DNA of 63,751 bases, counting the filler, from Lama guanicoe (taxonomy: Eukaryota): assembly GCA_013239625.1 (NCBI GenBank). It is 167 parts of 167 records of this genome, joined end to end, with 100 filler letters (N's around TTAATTAATTAA, not from the genome) between each part and the next. Parts side by side here need not be neighbours in the genome. Positions count along the whole stretch, not along the records: positions 1 to 282 come from PNXV01052736.1; positions 383 to 664 come from PNXV01052737.1; positions 765 to 1,046 come from PNXV01052738.1; positions 1,147 to 1,428 come from PNXV01052739.1; positions 1,529 to 1,810 come from PNXV01052740.1; positions 1,911 to 2,192 come from PNXV01052741.1; positions 2,293 to 2,574 come from PNXV01052742.1; positions 2,675 to 2,956 come from PNXV01052743.1; 159 more parts are not named here. One strand, written 5' to 3'. Made by a program: the position numbers and the translations under genes. The notes under the pieces were generated by a model. It saw only the letters and a list, made by a program, of their open reading frames with translations, was not told where the DNA came from and ran no database searches. Of this stretch, positions 1-12,118 are shown one piece after another (positions within the stretch are counted from its first letter, which is position 1; the number at the start of each line of letters is the position of its first letter).

Positions 1-282
1 CCATGTCTTAAGCAGAGAGCTGAGATCCAAAAATCCAAAATCCAACCAACAACTTGTATTCCACTCCAGGCTGGAGGTTCCTTCAGGTAAAACTGCTCTG
101 TGGGGTTTGTGGGGCAGAGACTGGGGAGCAAAGAGAGGAGTCAGAGGTGGAGGACGTAGTGGGTGCCAAAGGGAAGCTGCCTCCTGCCCGTCTCAGGCTG
201 TATGAGCTAGATCATTTTAAGGAACAGGACCCATAGTTCCTGTTTAAATCCTTCCATTTGCAATCTTAAAAAAAAAAAAAAA

Positions 283-382
283 NNNNNNNNNNNNNNNNNN
301 NNNNNNNNNNNNNNNNNNNNNNNNNNTTAATTAATTAANNNNNNNNNNNNNNNNNNNNNNNNNNNNNNNNNNNNNNNNNNNN
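283..382. other. Artificial scaffold linker N44-TTAATTAATTAA-N44 (first of ~166 copies, recurring every ~382-383 bp to 63468)
   Basis: Identical 100-bp unit between all fragments; the palindromic 12-mer has TAA in all three frames on both strands. Confidence 0.99.
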
Positions 383-395
383 TTTTTTTTTAAAG

Positions 396-664
396 GAGGG
401 ACCAGTGGAGACACGGTGACCCAGACAGAAGACCCTGTTATCCTCCCCGAGGGAGCATTTCTGACTCTGAATTGCACTTACGAGACTAGCTATTCAGCTT
501 CCCTTTTCTGGTATGTCCAGTATCTAAACAAAGGGCCTGAGCTCCTCCTGAAAAGCTCATCAGAAAATCAGAAGGTGATCCGTGGAGGTTTTCAGGCCAC
601 TCTTGTCAAGAGTGACAGGACCTTCCACCTGCAGAAACCGTCCGTGCAGATGTCAGACTCGGCC
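396..664 (+). CDS. TRAV18: T-cell receptor alpha variable V-exon, TRAV18-like (3'-truncated by the contig end)
   Basis: Poly-T/AG acceptor at 383-395; open frame GTSGDTVTQTEDPVILPEGAFLTLNCTYETSYSASLFWYVQYLNKGPELLLKSSSENQK...FHLQKPSVQMSDSA closely resembles recalled human TRAV18; first Cys and conserved Trp present; second Cys and RSS lie outside the contig. Confidence 0.88.
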
Positions 665-1622
665 NNNNNNNNNNNNNNNNNNNNNNNNNNNNNNNNNNNN
701 NNNNNNNNTTAATTAATTAANNNNNNNNNNNNNNNNNNNNNNNNNNNNNNNNNNNNNNNNNNNNGCCCCCTGTGCAATTCTCACAACTTTATCATGGCCT
801 TGTTGGAGCCCAGGGTAGGCCATCCCTACGCGTGCCTCAGTGGCATATTGATTATTTCGAATTAGAGTTATTTTAGAAATGGCCACTACCAAGAGGGACA
901 TTCTGACCCTCCTCTCTACCCCTGAAAGTAGGAAAAAATGTGAAAGTTACACTCCTTGCAACTAGAGGTAGAGGACAAACTTATCTCCAAGTAGCCTGTA
1001 TAAACATACCGTGTTACTTCAGTTTACTACCCCAAGTCCATGCCCCNNNNNNNNNNNNNNNNNNNNNNNNNNNNNNNNNNNNNNNNNNNNTTAATTAATT
1101 AANNNNNNNNNNNNNNNNNNNNNNNNNNNNNNNNNNNNNNNNNNNNAAGTTTATTATTGCAATTTTAGAGCAGGAGGGAAAGGAAAGAAAAATAATTTTC
1201 CTGAGTGAAGGGACCTAGTTCTCACAATAGCATTTTGATCTGAGGACTATATTGTAATAAATAACTCTCACTGTAGAATCTGGATGAAATTAACCCTGAG
1301 AGAATTTATATATTCCTGAGGCGGTAGGTGGCCGATTATGACTTTGTATAATCTATTTTCACACAGTATAGTACACAGATGTGTGTGTGAGCTGAGTGTA
1401 AATGCAACCTTTCTTTACCTTTTTTTTGNNNNNNNNNNNNNNNNNNNNNNNNNNNNNNNNNNNNNNNNNNNNTTAATTAATTAANNNNNNNNNNNNNNNN
1501 NNNNNNNNNNNNNNNNNNNNNNNNNNNNGATAGCGGAAACGTTTTGTTTTGTGTTTCATTAGATGTACACGCCCAGTTGTATCAAGTGGCTCCAGGCTGC
1601 TCCATGGCTTTCCATCTATCAC

Positions 1623-1790
1623 CAGCTCTCAGCCTTGGCTGCTCCTCTGAATTACCTGGAAAGTTTTGAAATCACTGATGCCTGGGGCCTACCTCACAAA
1701 ACCCTAGTGTGATGACTCAGTCAGTCGAGGCAGCAGGGTGTTTCAGAGTTTACAGTTCCTTGTCATGTGTAGGCAGGATGGAGACGCAGT
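1623..1790 (+). mobile_element. Degenerate MER5A-like hAT-Charlie DNA transposon
   Basis: ctctcagccttggctgc...gaattacctggaaagttttgaaatcactgatgcctgggg resembles the MER5A consensus. Confidence 0.55.
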
Positions 1791-2544
1791 AAGCACACAG
1801 GCACAAAGCANNNNNNNNNNNNNNNNNNNNNNNNNNNNNNNNNNNNNNNNNNNNTTAATTAATTAANNNNNNNNNNNNNNNNNNNNNNNNNNNNNNNNNN
1901 NNNNNNNNNNGGGGTGGGGAGGGAGGAGTGGCCACCCCCACCCCGGCCCACGCCGGCCCCCTGGCCCACCGGAGGGGTGGGTGGTTGTGGCCCTGACTTC
2001 AATTCCGGTCTGCCTCCAGCCGGCCAGCCCCGTCCCCTTCCTTCCAGCGTCTGGGGTCTGCGGCCTCAGGGGCCTCCAAATCCTTTCGTCTTCCTTCCAA
2101 AGGTGGAGCCAAGTTCCCTACTTCCCGCGTGTGGGCTGGACACAGTGCCTTTAACCAGTAGGAAGCCACCGGCCTGATGAAGCTGGACTTCTNNNNNNNN
2201 NNNNNNNNNNNNNNNNNNNNNNNNNNNNNNNNNNNNTTAATTAATTAANNNNNNNNNNNNNNNNNNNNNNNNNNNNNNNNNNNNNNNNNNNNTTTCAGTC
2301 TCCACTGTATCTCTTCAAACCTGGATTTCCCAGGAAGAAGAAAAAAAGAAGAATTATGTAAACATTAAAATGTATATTTTCAAGTGTGAAGTCTTCTAAA
2401 ATGAACTTGCCTTCATTCATTCAAACTAATAATATTCTACATCAGGAAAACTTCTTGGTACTTGGGGTGCTTCAGGGAACAAAATCAAAATCCCTGTCCT
2501 TGCTTATGTGATGAGTAAAATCTAACATAATGGAATAAACTTAC

Positions 2545-2574
2545 ATCAAATCAAATCAAATCAAATCAAATCAA
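2545..2574 (+). repeat. (ATCAA)n pentanucleotide microsatellite at a contig end
   Basis: Six consecutive atcaa units. Confidence 0.95.
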
Positions 2575-3820
2575 NNNNNNNNNNNNNNNNNNNNNNNNNN
2601 NNNNNNNNNNNNNNNNNNTTAATTAATTAANNNNNNNNNNNNNNNNNNNNNNNNNNNNNNNNNNNNNNNNNNNNGGGGCCTTAGCTCCTGCAGAACAACT
2701 CAAACATATTAAGTATAGCCCTGTCCCTACTCCTCAGCTCATTTTTAAGTGAACCAAGCCCTGCTTTCAACAATGATCACGCTCACTATAAAAACACAAG
2801 ACATCAACAAGCACCACCATCCTAACACCAGAAAAAGCATTAAGGGCATTTACCTGGGGCAGAAACACTGAGGGGGGAGAAAGAAGCATTCTCAGCATTG
2901 GCGCTCGCTTTTCCCAAGTCTCTGCCAGGAGAAGCTGGGCTTTACAGCCAGAGGATNNNNNNNNNNNNNNNNNNNNNNNNNNNNNNNNNNNNNNNNNNNN
3001 TTAATTAATTAANNNNNNNNNNNNNNNNNNNNNNNNNNNNNNNNNNNNNNNNNNNNTTAGTGAAACAGCATGGTGTAGAGGGGCGTTTCTTAATATTTTC
3101 CATATTTACTAGCACCCAAAGGGGTTAAACCACATCGTGGATGAGGTAAGGCTTATAATGAAGCTAAGAATGGATACACAGAGCACATTCAAGTGGAATT
3201 GAGCCCAGAAAGTTAGGAGAATGGTAATTTTAAAAAACCAGAAATATATATATTATATAAATATATTTAACATAAAAAATTATACATTAAACTCTATTGA
3301 TCAGTCTCAATTGTGGAAGTATCTATTATACAAAAATANNNNNNNNNNNNNNNNNNNNNNNNNNNNNNNNNNNNNNNNNNNNTTAATTAATTAANNNNNN
3401 NNNNNNNNNNNNNNNNNNNNNNNNNNNNNNNNNNNNNNTTTCAGACACACACACATACACATTCTATACGTGAACAGATAACATTTTGCATCTATCTGTG
3501 TGTGCGTGCGTGTGTATAGATACATAGACGTGCATGAAAACTGTACATCTTGGAGATGCAAACGTGTACATACACATAGTCACAGATTTATATGTGTCTA
3601 TAGACACATATCATGTATTTTAATAAACAGAAGAATTATGTAAAATTATTTTAATGTATTTTTAATTATAGAAAATGTATTTTAATTATATAAAATGTAT
3701 TCTTTATTATATAAATGCACNNNNNNNNNNNNNNNNNNNNNNNNNNNNNNNNNNNNNNNNNNNNTTAATTAATTAANNNNNNNNNNNNNNNNNNNNNNNN
3801 NNNNNNNNNNNNNNNNNNNN

Positions 3821-4102
3821 CTTGAAAAAGAAGGCCACCTTGCCATCTACAACAACACGGATGAAGCATGATAAGTCAGACAGAACAAGACAAATACTAT
3901 ATGATGTCACTTATATGCGGAACCTTAAAAACAAGTAAACAAACAGAACTTGTAAAAGCGGAAAGTAGAATGGTGGTCTCCAAGGGCTGGGGAGTAGGGG
4001 AACTGGAGATGTTATGGTTAAGAGCACAAACCTGCAACTAGTGGATAAGTTCTGGAGGTTCAATACACAACATAGTGATCACAGGAAAACAAATACTCAT
4101 AA
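3821..4102 (+). mobile_element. L1 (L1M-type) 3' end fragment
   Basis: ataagtcagacagaacaagacaaatactatatgatgtcacttatatgcggaa and gaaagtagaatggtggt are typical L1 3'UTR motifs. Confidence 0.8.
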
Positions 4103-5730
4103 NNNNNNNNNNNNNNNNNNNNNNNNNNNNNNNNNNNNNNNNNNNNTTAATTAATTAANNNNNNNNNNNNNNNNNNNNNNNNNNNNNNNNNNNNNNNNNN
4201 NNATTTGGTGCTTTACTCTTAAAAGGGACAAATGGGCAATCCAGGATAACTAGGTATTTGAGGAAGGCCTTCCACATAAAAGTGATGAAAATGCACAACA
4301 AATAAGCAAACAAACAAATAAACAAAAACCAAGCCAAAAAGCCAACCAATGAAATAAACAAACCAACAGAAAGTGACAATGAAAAGGAACTCAGTGAAAC
4401 AGACAATGCTGGCAGCAGGGGAAAACGTCAAGAACCTGTAACTATTATCTTCATAAAGATAAGAAAATTTGTTACACCAATAAANNNNNNNNNNNNNNNN
4501 NNNNNNNNNNNNNNNNNNNNNNNNNNNNTTAATTAATTAANNNNNNNNNNNNNNNNNNNNNNNNNNNNNNNNNNNNNNNNNNNNGGGTCTGCTGCTTACA
4601 GAAAAGGCTCTTAACTGATGGAGTATCCAGCCGCACCTCCATGTTTGTAGTTCTTTGACTCTTACTGTAAGATGCATATAATTCTGTTCAAGGTATCTGG
4701 TAGCCACTCCAAAGAGTTGAACGATACAGCTCAATAACAGAAACCAATGAACATTAGGAGTATCTGCAGTCTATGCACCCATTATCCAGACTGTGGTGCC
4801 TCAGAGTAATTTATTTCTTGAATAAAAATATCCCCACAGCCATAATCCACATGTATCACCCTGATCNNNNNNNNNNNNNNNNNNNNNNNNNNNNNNNNNN
4901 NNNNNNNNNNTTAATTAATTAANNNNNNNNNNNNNNNNNNNNNNNNNNNNNNNNNNNNNNNNNNNNAGAAGTGACCCTCATGACCACCACCCTCCACTGC
5001 TGCCTAGGAACCTGCTTCTGCTGTCATCCCTTACTCCTCCTCCTCTGCCTCCATCTGACCCAGGCATGCTGACCCTAAGAGGAAGCCCTATTCAGTCTCC
5101 TTTGTGCATCAGGGGTACAGCCGTGGCAGACAGTGTCAGGGGCGATGGGTGTGACAAGGCCATAGAGAGCAGGGGCTCCATCAATCTGGCCTCACTGCAT
5201 TCTGGCAACCCATAGCTCACTGCTTTCATCCCAGAGCATCTCAAGAACNNNNNNNNNNNNNNNNNNNNNNNNNNNNNNNNNNNNNNNNNNNNTTAATTAA
5301 TTAANNNNNNNNNNNNNNNNNNNNNNNNNNNNNNNNNNNNNNNNNNNNTGCTTTGAAAACTGTAATAAGATGAATAAAAACCAGGAAGACAGGCAGTCGT
5401 CACAGCGTGGTGGCAGCACCAGCCACAGCAGCCTGGTAAGAGCATCAGCACAGGGTAGCTCTGGTCTCCACACAAGATAAAAATTAGACACTCCATTGTT
5501 CTTAGGCATCTTCCTGCTAAACAAAAATATCTAAGTGAAACTTAAATGAAGTACAGCACATCCAGAATCAGCTCATTAACTGTTGAGGGTTTGACGTGTG
5601 TGTTTTGTTTTGCTACAAAGAAGAGGGCTGNNNNNNNNNNNNNNNNNNNNNNNNNNNNNNNNNNNNNNNNNNNNTTAATTAATTAANNNNNNNNNNNNNN
5701 NNNNNNNNNNNNNNNNNNNNNNNNNNNNNN

Positions 5731-6009
5731 TAAAACCGAGTTGGAGCTTGTTCCTCCCCATATATATGTATGTAGTGGAATTTTCAACTGAAGAGAAACT
5801 TTGTGTTCCCAACAAGCTAGGTGAAGCGGGGCTTTCACACGTGCTTAACTCTAAATTCTGAGCATGTGGAGAGACGTTCGTTCATCTATAACACAGGAAC
5901 TGGTTGCAGGAGAAACACTTACTCCCGTTTCTCAGTCTGTTTCCTAGTGCCAGTTTAAAGTTCCTACAGATTTCACTGTAAAATCGAGTTGGAGCTTGTA
6001 CCTACACAT
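5731..6009 (+). repeat. ~248-bp satellite monomer (family A)
   Basis: taaaa(c/t)cgagttggagcttg recurs at 5731 and 5979; homologous to 29785-30066 and 48153-48435. Confidence 0.9.
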
Positions 6010-6109
6010 NNNNNNNNNNNNNNNNNNNNNNNNNNNNNNNNNNNNNNNNNNNNTTAATTAATTAANNNNNNNNNNNNNNNNNNNNNNNNNNNNNNNNNNN
6101 NNNNNNNNN

Positions 6110-6391
6110 GGTTTTGTCAATGCAATAATACTCACCAGCAACACATTCACTTTGAGTTTTTGTGGTGACAATGTTATTGATGACTTTTTCTGCGATGTCC
6201 CACCCCTGGTGAAGTTAGCATGTGATGTGAAGGAGACCTTCCAGGATGTGCTGTACTTCCTCCTGGCCTCCAACGTCATCACCCCCGCTGTGCTCATCCT
6301 GGCCTCCTATGTCTTCATCATCGCTGCCATCCTGAGGATCCGCTCCACCCAGGGCCGCCTCAAAGCCTTCTCCACCTGCTCCTCCCACCTG
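6110..6391 (+). CDS. Olfactory receptor fragment (TM4-TM6), OR9G-like
   Basis: Uninterrupted frame GFVNAIILTSNTFTLSFCGDNVIDDFFCDVPPLVKLAC...YFLLASNVITPAVLILASY...RLKAFSTCSSHL with canonical OR motifs. Confidence 0.93.
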
Positions 6392-7255
6392 NNNNNNNNN
6401 NNNNNNNNNNNNNNNNNNNNNNNNNNNNNNNNNNNTTAATTAATTAANNNNNNNNNNNNNNNNNNNNNNNNNNNNNNNNNNNNNNNNNNNNGGGGGGTAT
6501 CCTGTGGCCACATCTGCTATGACCTGCTTTCTACCAGAGCTAGTCAGGAAGGTACTCTAACTGCCACAGCCCAGATCTTCTCCCCTCCTTCCAGCCCAGA
6601 GCTCGCTCCTCAGTTAAGGTAACTGTTGCCTTGGATTCAGCAGGGGATGGGCAACCTCTCAACTGCAACCAAGACAGGGTTTGAGGTCCTCAGTTGTTCT
6701 TCCTTTTGTGGAAACGCAGTTCTGCAGACACTTGTGATACTTCTCCAGCATCTCACGGAGGACCCTCAGGCCTNNNNNNNNNNNNNNNNNNNNNNNNNNN
6801 NNNNNNNNNNNNNNNNNTTAATTAATTAANNNNNNNNNNNNNNNNNNNNNNNNNNNNNNNNNNNNNNNNNNNNTGGTCTCCATTCACAGGGCCATGGTCG
6901 GCTTCCCTGATTCTGTGGTTCATTTCTGCTGAGTCACATCCTATGTTTTCATTTCCAACTGGAGTCCTGGTCCATGGAAGCTGCAAAGCTGTGCGTATGG
7001 AACCATTAAATGTTACGGCGCCCTCCCCTCTTCATGAAGTACAGTCTAGAAAAGCCAACTGACCCACGGGTGCCCCAGTGCAGGTGTCAGTGACAATGGG
7101 ACAGGGAGTTGGTTCAAATCACGTGTAGGAGGACTGCTGAGTCCCCATCAGGAGCNNNNNNNNNNNNNNNNNNNNNNNNNNNNNNNNNNNNNNNNNNNNT
7201 TAATTAATTAANNNNNNNNNNNNNNNNNNNNNNNNNNNNNNNNNNNNNNNNNNNN

Positions 7256-7537
7256 GATTCTATTATATATATATATATATTCTTATTTAGTTATATGTAT
7301 GTATGTTCTTATTCAGCTATATATATTCTTACTCAGTTATATATATATTCTTATTCAGTTACATGTATTCTTCAGTTACATATTCTTTTTCAGTTATATA
7401 TAAAATTCATTGTTATATATATTGTTCAGTTATATATATATTCTTATTCAGTTATATATAGTCTTATTCAGTTATATATATATTCTTTCTCAGTTATATA
7501 TATATTCTTATTCAATTATGTATATTCTTATTCAGTT
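7256..7537 (+). repeat. AT-rich minisatellite, ~20-24 bp unit (ttcttattcagttatatatata)
   Basis: Repeated ttcttattcagtt plus (ta)n units fill the contig. Confidence 0.9.
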
Positions 7538-7789
7538 NNNNNNNNNNNNNNNNNNNNNNNNNNNNNNNNNNNNNNNNNNNNTTAATTAATTAANNNNNNN
7601 NNNNNNNNNNNNNNNNNNNNNNNNNNNNNNNNNNNNNGGTTCCATGCACAGGATGTTATACCAACCTACCAGGATCTCCGTGACCCTGAACCACATCCTT
7701 GTTCACTTCAGTAATTTTATAGCTGGGAAAATGGCATCTCACTTCCGTTTTAGTTAGAATTTTTTAATGACTGATTATTGGAATCGTTA

Positions 7790-7919
7790 CCGGTGGTAAG
7801 CGCTTGACTTGAACGCCTCATCTCACCAATACGCAGCATCCCTGCAAGGTAGACTCTCTCATCCTCACTCTGCAGAGGGAGAAACTGAGACCCAGTTAGG
7901 TGACTTTTTTTCACAAGGC
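7790..7919 (+). mobile_element. MIR SINE fragment
   Basis: atcctcactctgcagagggagaaactgagacccag...ggtgact matches the MIR core. Confidence 0.7.
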
Positions 7920-8019
7920 NNNNNNNNNNNNNNNNNNNNNNNNNNNNNNNNNNNNNNNNNNNNTTAATTAATTAANNNNNNNNNNNNNNNNNNNNNNNNN
8001 NNNNNNNNNNNNNNNNNNN

Positions 8020-8092
8020 GAGGTACTGGGGATTGAACCCAGGACCTCAAGCATGCTAAGCATGTGCTGTACCACGGAGCTATACCCTTCCC
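8020..8092 (-). mobile_element. tRNA-Ala-derived SINE, Vic-1-like (camelid)
   Basis: Reverse complement gggaagggtatagctccgtggtacagcacatgcttagcatgcttgaggtcctgggttcaatccccagtacctc with Pol III A and B boxes. Confidence 0.85.
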
Positions 8093-8400
8093 TTGGGTTA
8101 TTTATCTACTACATAGTAGTTTGTATCTCTTAATCCCCTACTGTTACCTTGCCCCTACCCGTTTCTCTCTCTGTATCTGTGAGTATCTTTTTTTTGTCAT
8201 ATTCGCAAGTTTGTTTTATTTAGATTAGACTTATAAGTGATAACATGTGTTATTTGTCTTTCTTTAACTTATTTTTACTAAACATGATGCCCTCCAGGTC
8301 NNNNNNNNNNNNNNNNNNNNNNNNNNNNNNNNNNNNNNNNNNNNTTAATTAATTAANNNNNNNNNNNNNNNNNNNNNNNNNNNNNNNNNNNNNNNNNNNN

Positions 8401-8492
8401 CTAAGCCTAATTACCTCCCAAAGGCCCCACCTCCAGGCATCACCACATCGCGGGTGGGTAGGACTTCAACACACAGTCTCTAGGGGAACACA
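8401..8492 (+). mobile_element. MaLR (MLT1/MST-type) LTR end
   Basis: cctaattacctcccaaaggccccacctcca...ggacttcaacac...ggggaacaca is a MaLR LTR motif. Confidence 0.7.
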
Positions 8493-9546
8493 AGCCAAGG
8501 CTTTGGACTTTGAGCCCAGACCTTCTTAGCTTGGAGCCGTGCTCTGAGCCACTCTGTTACTGTTACAGTGTTATTGTTGCTGCTGTTAGAATATTGTCAG
8601 TAATACTTTCCCTCCACAAGCAGGAATTTTACCGATGCAAGAAGTAAGAGAACCTGAAGGGCCTGCATTCCGTTTTTACTCCNNNNNNNNNNNNNNNNNN
8701 NNNNNNNNNNNNNNNNNNNNNNNNNNTTAATTAATTAANNNNNNNNNNNNNNNNNNNNNNNNNNNNNNNNNNNNNNNNNNNNTTACACAGCCAAAATAAA
8801 CACCGCATTAATTCATGGCTGGATTTAAAAGCGAGCCCCTAGGACCCTAATTCAAAGGCTGTTTCATCTCAGCCCACAAACACATGTGAAATATCAGATT
8901 AGAAATAGCGAGAGGCAGGTGTCCGGGCAGCAGCAAGGAGCGAGCCGGCAGCCCGAGAGCACCGGAGGGGATGGAGTATCGCGGAATGTGGGGCCAGGAG
9001 TCACAGCACATTCACAGCCACATCATGGTTGCAAATAACCCTGCAGACACAGCCCTGCAGAAGCNNNNNNNNNNNNNNNNNNNNNNNNNNNNNNNNNNNN
9101 NNNNNNNNTTAATTAATTAANNNNNNNNNNNNNNNNNNNNNNNNNNNNNNNNNNNNNNNNNNNNGAAAGGTAAAACATTAATGTCAAAATTAGATACTAT
9201 TACAATACACTGGAATGACTAAAATGAAAGACTGGTAATACTAAGAGCTGGTGAAGATGGGGAGTCACTGGAGCTGGTGGGGATTTAAGATGGTAGAACC
9301 ACTTGGAAAATTGTTTAGCAGTATCTAATAGAAGTGGATATACTCTTACTATTCAATCCAACAATTTCACCCCTAAGTATACACTCAAGAGGAACAGAAG
9401 CATGCATATGTGCAACAAAAACATGTACAAGAGTTTTCATAGCAGCNNNNNNNNNNNNNNNNNNNNNNNNNNNNNNNNNNNNNNNNNNNNTTAATTAATT
9501 AANNNNNNNNNNNNNNNNNNNNNNNNNNNNNNNNNNNNNNNNNNNN

Positions 9547-9826
9547 GAACCCAGAATTTAGAACATGGAATGCAGAACACAGAGTATAGAATATATACTA
9601 CAGAAGAGAGAACCCAAAATTTACGCATGGAATGCAGAACACAGAATATAGGATATAAAATACAGAATACAGAATATAGAATGTAGAATATAGAATGAAG
9701 TACACAGAATATACTATATAGAATACTGGATACAGAACACAAAATTTGGAACTTAGAATGCAGAACACAAAATATAAGATATAGAATAAAGAATACAGAA
9801 CCAAGAATTTAGAATATGGAATGCAG
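9547..9826 (+). repeat. AGAAT(A/G)(T/C) heptamer-based satellite with ~63-bp higher-order unit (family B)
   Basis: gaacccagaatttagaacatggaatgcag-like motif at ~9547, 9610, 9734 and 9798; same family at 56192-56474. Confidence 0.88.
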
Positions 9827-11072
9827 NNNNNNNNNNNNNNNNNNNNNNNNNNNNNNNNNNNNNNNNNNNNTTAATTAATTAANNNNNNNNNNNNNNNNNN
9901 NNNNNNNNNNNNNNNNNNNNNNNNNNACGTAGGTGCAAAAAGTGAGTTCAGCTGGTCAGAGAGGCAAATAGCAGCGAGGTGCTGGCACAGGGGACAATAC
10001 AAACAACCTCCTCAGTGGGTCAACGGAGTATTATGGGGCCTTGTAGGATAAGCAGTCATTTGCTAAGTGGGCGGAGGGAACAGCATGTGAGGCTGAAGGA
10101 ATAGACAGGGTCAGAGTATGGGGTTTGGGGAAGATCCGAGGTTCAGAACTGCAGGGGCGTGAGTTGGTGTGAAGACAGAGCGACAGAACAACGACCCAGG
10201 AGGGAAGCNNNNNNNNNNNNNNNNNNNNNNNNNNNNNNNNNNNNNNNNNNNNTTAATTAATTAANNNNNNNNNNNNNNNNNNNNNNNNNNNNNNNNNNNN
10301 NNNNNNNNCCGATGCTTCGGTATTGACGTCCGCTGGCCGTGTACATGTGAACAGGCCATGCTCCCTGGTCTGAACTCTGCTGTCTGAATAGTCTCACTCT
10401 TCAAACTGAGTATATGAATAGATTTGGTGGCGAGGACTATGTTTATTGTCATTCTTGTCCGTCTTATTTTGCCAGACATGAACTTGAAGGACCGTAGTTC
10501 AGCTCCGCCCACCGGGCTGTGCTTGTTTGTAAAGTCATGGCTGTTGAAGGGAAGGCAGGGTTCAGAATAGGGGGTAAAGGTCTCGATGCTNNNNNNNNNN
10601 NNNNNNNNNNNNNNNNNNNNNNNNNNNNNNNNNNTTAATTAATTAANNNNNNNNNNNNNNNNNNNNNNNNNNNNNNNNNNNNNNNNNNNNTGCATCTTTA
10701 ATCTTTTGTCTTTTCAAGGTTTCATGGACTTTGTTACTGAAGTTAAGGTCTTCTTTTTTGCTAGATTGTCACTGCCACTATAAAAATATAACTCTTGTCA
10801 TATATTTAATGTCTTCCCTTAAGTCCTCAGTTCCTCCGTTACCTTCTGTTTACTTTCGCCCAGTCAAAAGCATAACATCTTTAAAACTTTCTGCATCCCT
10901 GCCTCCAATTCCACAGCACCCACTTTCTCTTCAACTCCTTTGAGTGTATATTTTATTCCATTTGCTGCTTTGNNNNNNNNNNNNNNNNNNNNNNNNNNNN
11001 NNNNNNNNNNNNNNNNTTAATTAATTAANNNNNNNNNNNNNNNNNNNNNNNNNNNNNNNNNNNNNNNNNNNN

Positions 11073-11354
11073 CATTGTGCAATGATCTGTCTTAAACATT
11101 CCACCGCTATCTCAAACAGGTCCAAGTTGGAACTCAGTATTTTCCAAGTAACACTCGCTCCTTTCCCTGTGTCCCCTGACTAACTAAAAGCTATCACTGT
11201 CCACTCAGGTTCCTGCATTGAATTCTTAAAGTCCTCCTTCTGCTTTATGTTCTGTTTATAATTCATTTCTGAATCATGTAAGTTCTTCAGCACTGTATCT
11301 CAAACCCATCCACTCGCCATCTTGCTCACCATCACTGTCTCTCAGCTGGGTTAC
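11073..11354 (-). mobile_element. L2 LINE fragment
   Basis: atctcaaacaggtccaagttggaactc...atctcaaacccatccactc...accatcactgtctctcagctggg is L2-like. Confidence 0.65.
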
Positions 11355-11454
11355 NNNNNNNNNNNNNNNNNNNNNNNNNNNNNNNNNNNNNNNNNNNNTT
11401 AATTAATTAANNNNNNNNNNNNNNNNNNNNNNNNNNNNNNNNNNNNNNNNNNNN

Positions 11455-11736
11455 ATGGTCAATTAATCTTCAACAAAGGAGGCAAGAATATACAATGGAG
11501 AAAGGACATCTCTTCCACAAGTGGTGTTGGAAAAGCTGAACATGTGTATGCAAATCAATGAATTTAGAACACTCCTTCACACCACACACAAACACAAACT
11601 CAAAATGGCTGAAAGATTTAAATATAAGGCAAGACATAAACTTCCCAGAAGAGAGCATAGGCAAACGTTCTCTGATGTAAAGTGGAGCAATATTCTCCTA
11701 GGCAGTCTCCCAGGCGATAGAAATAAAGGCAAAAAA
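11455..11736 (+). mobile_element. L1 ORF2 fragment
   Basis: Translates to GQLIFNKGGKNIQWRKDISSTSGVGK-like L1 ORF2, frameshifted. Confidence 0.92.
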
Positions 11737-11836
11737 NNNNNNNNNNNNNNNNNNNNNNNNNNNNNNNNNNNNNNNNNNNNTTAATTAATTAANNNNNNNN
11801 NNNNNNNNNNNNNNNNNNNNNNNNNNNNNNNNNNNN

Positions 11837-12118
11837 TTTTGTTTTTAACTTTTTATTGATTCATAATCACTTTACAATTTTGTTTCAAATTCCAGTGTAG
11901 AGCACTGTTTTTCTCTTATGCATGTGCATATATACATTCATTGTCACTTCTCTTCTTTGTTAGCTAGCAAAAAATCTTGCATATATTTCCCTGTGCTACA
12001 CAGTAGAGTCTTGTGTATATTTTCTACATTTTAATATCCCAGTCCTTTCCCACCCCCATTCCCCTTTGACCAGAAATTTTTATTCTATGTCAATGAGCCT
12101 GTCTCTGTTTTATATATA
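11837..12118 (-). mobile_element. L1 3'UTR end (camelid-type)
   Basis: T-rich start then ttacaattttgtttcaaattccagtgtagagcac...atatttccctgtgctacacagta. Confidence 0.8.

Noticed and set aside
6927..6937. Perfect ARE/MARE motif TGCTGAGTCAC (similar motif at 27990-27999)
   Set aside because: Short motifs without gene context or conservation data cannot support a regulatory call
8020..8092. Possible tRNA-Ala gene
   Set aside because: Stems are degenerate and a second copy at 27113-27232 carries a SINE tail, so it is a tRNA-derived SINE
9491..9804. Hydrophobic Tyr/Ile/Leu-rich ORFs (also 7295-7585 and 56140-56340)
   Set aside because: They are translations of simple-sequence satellites
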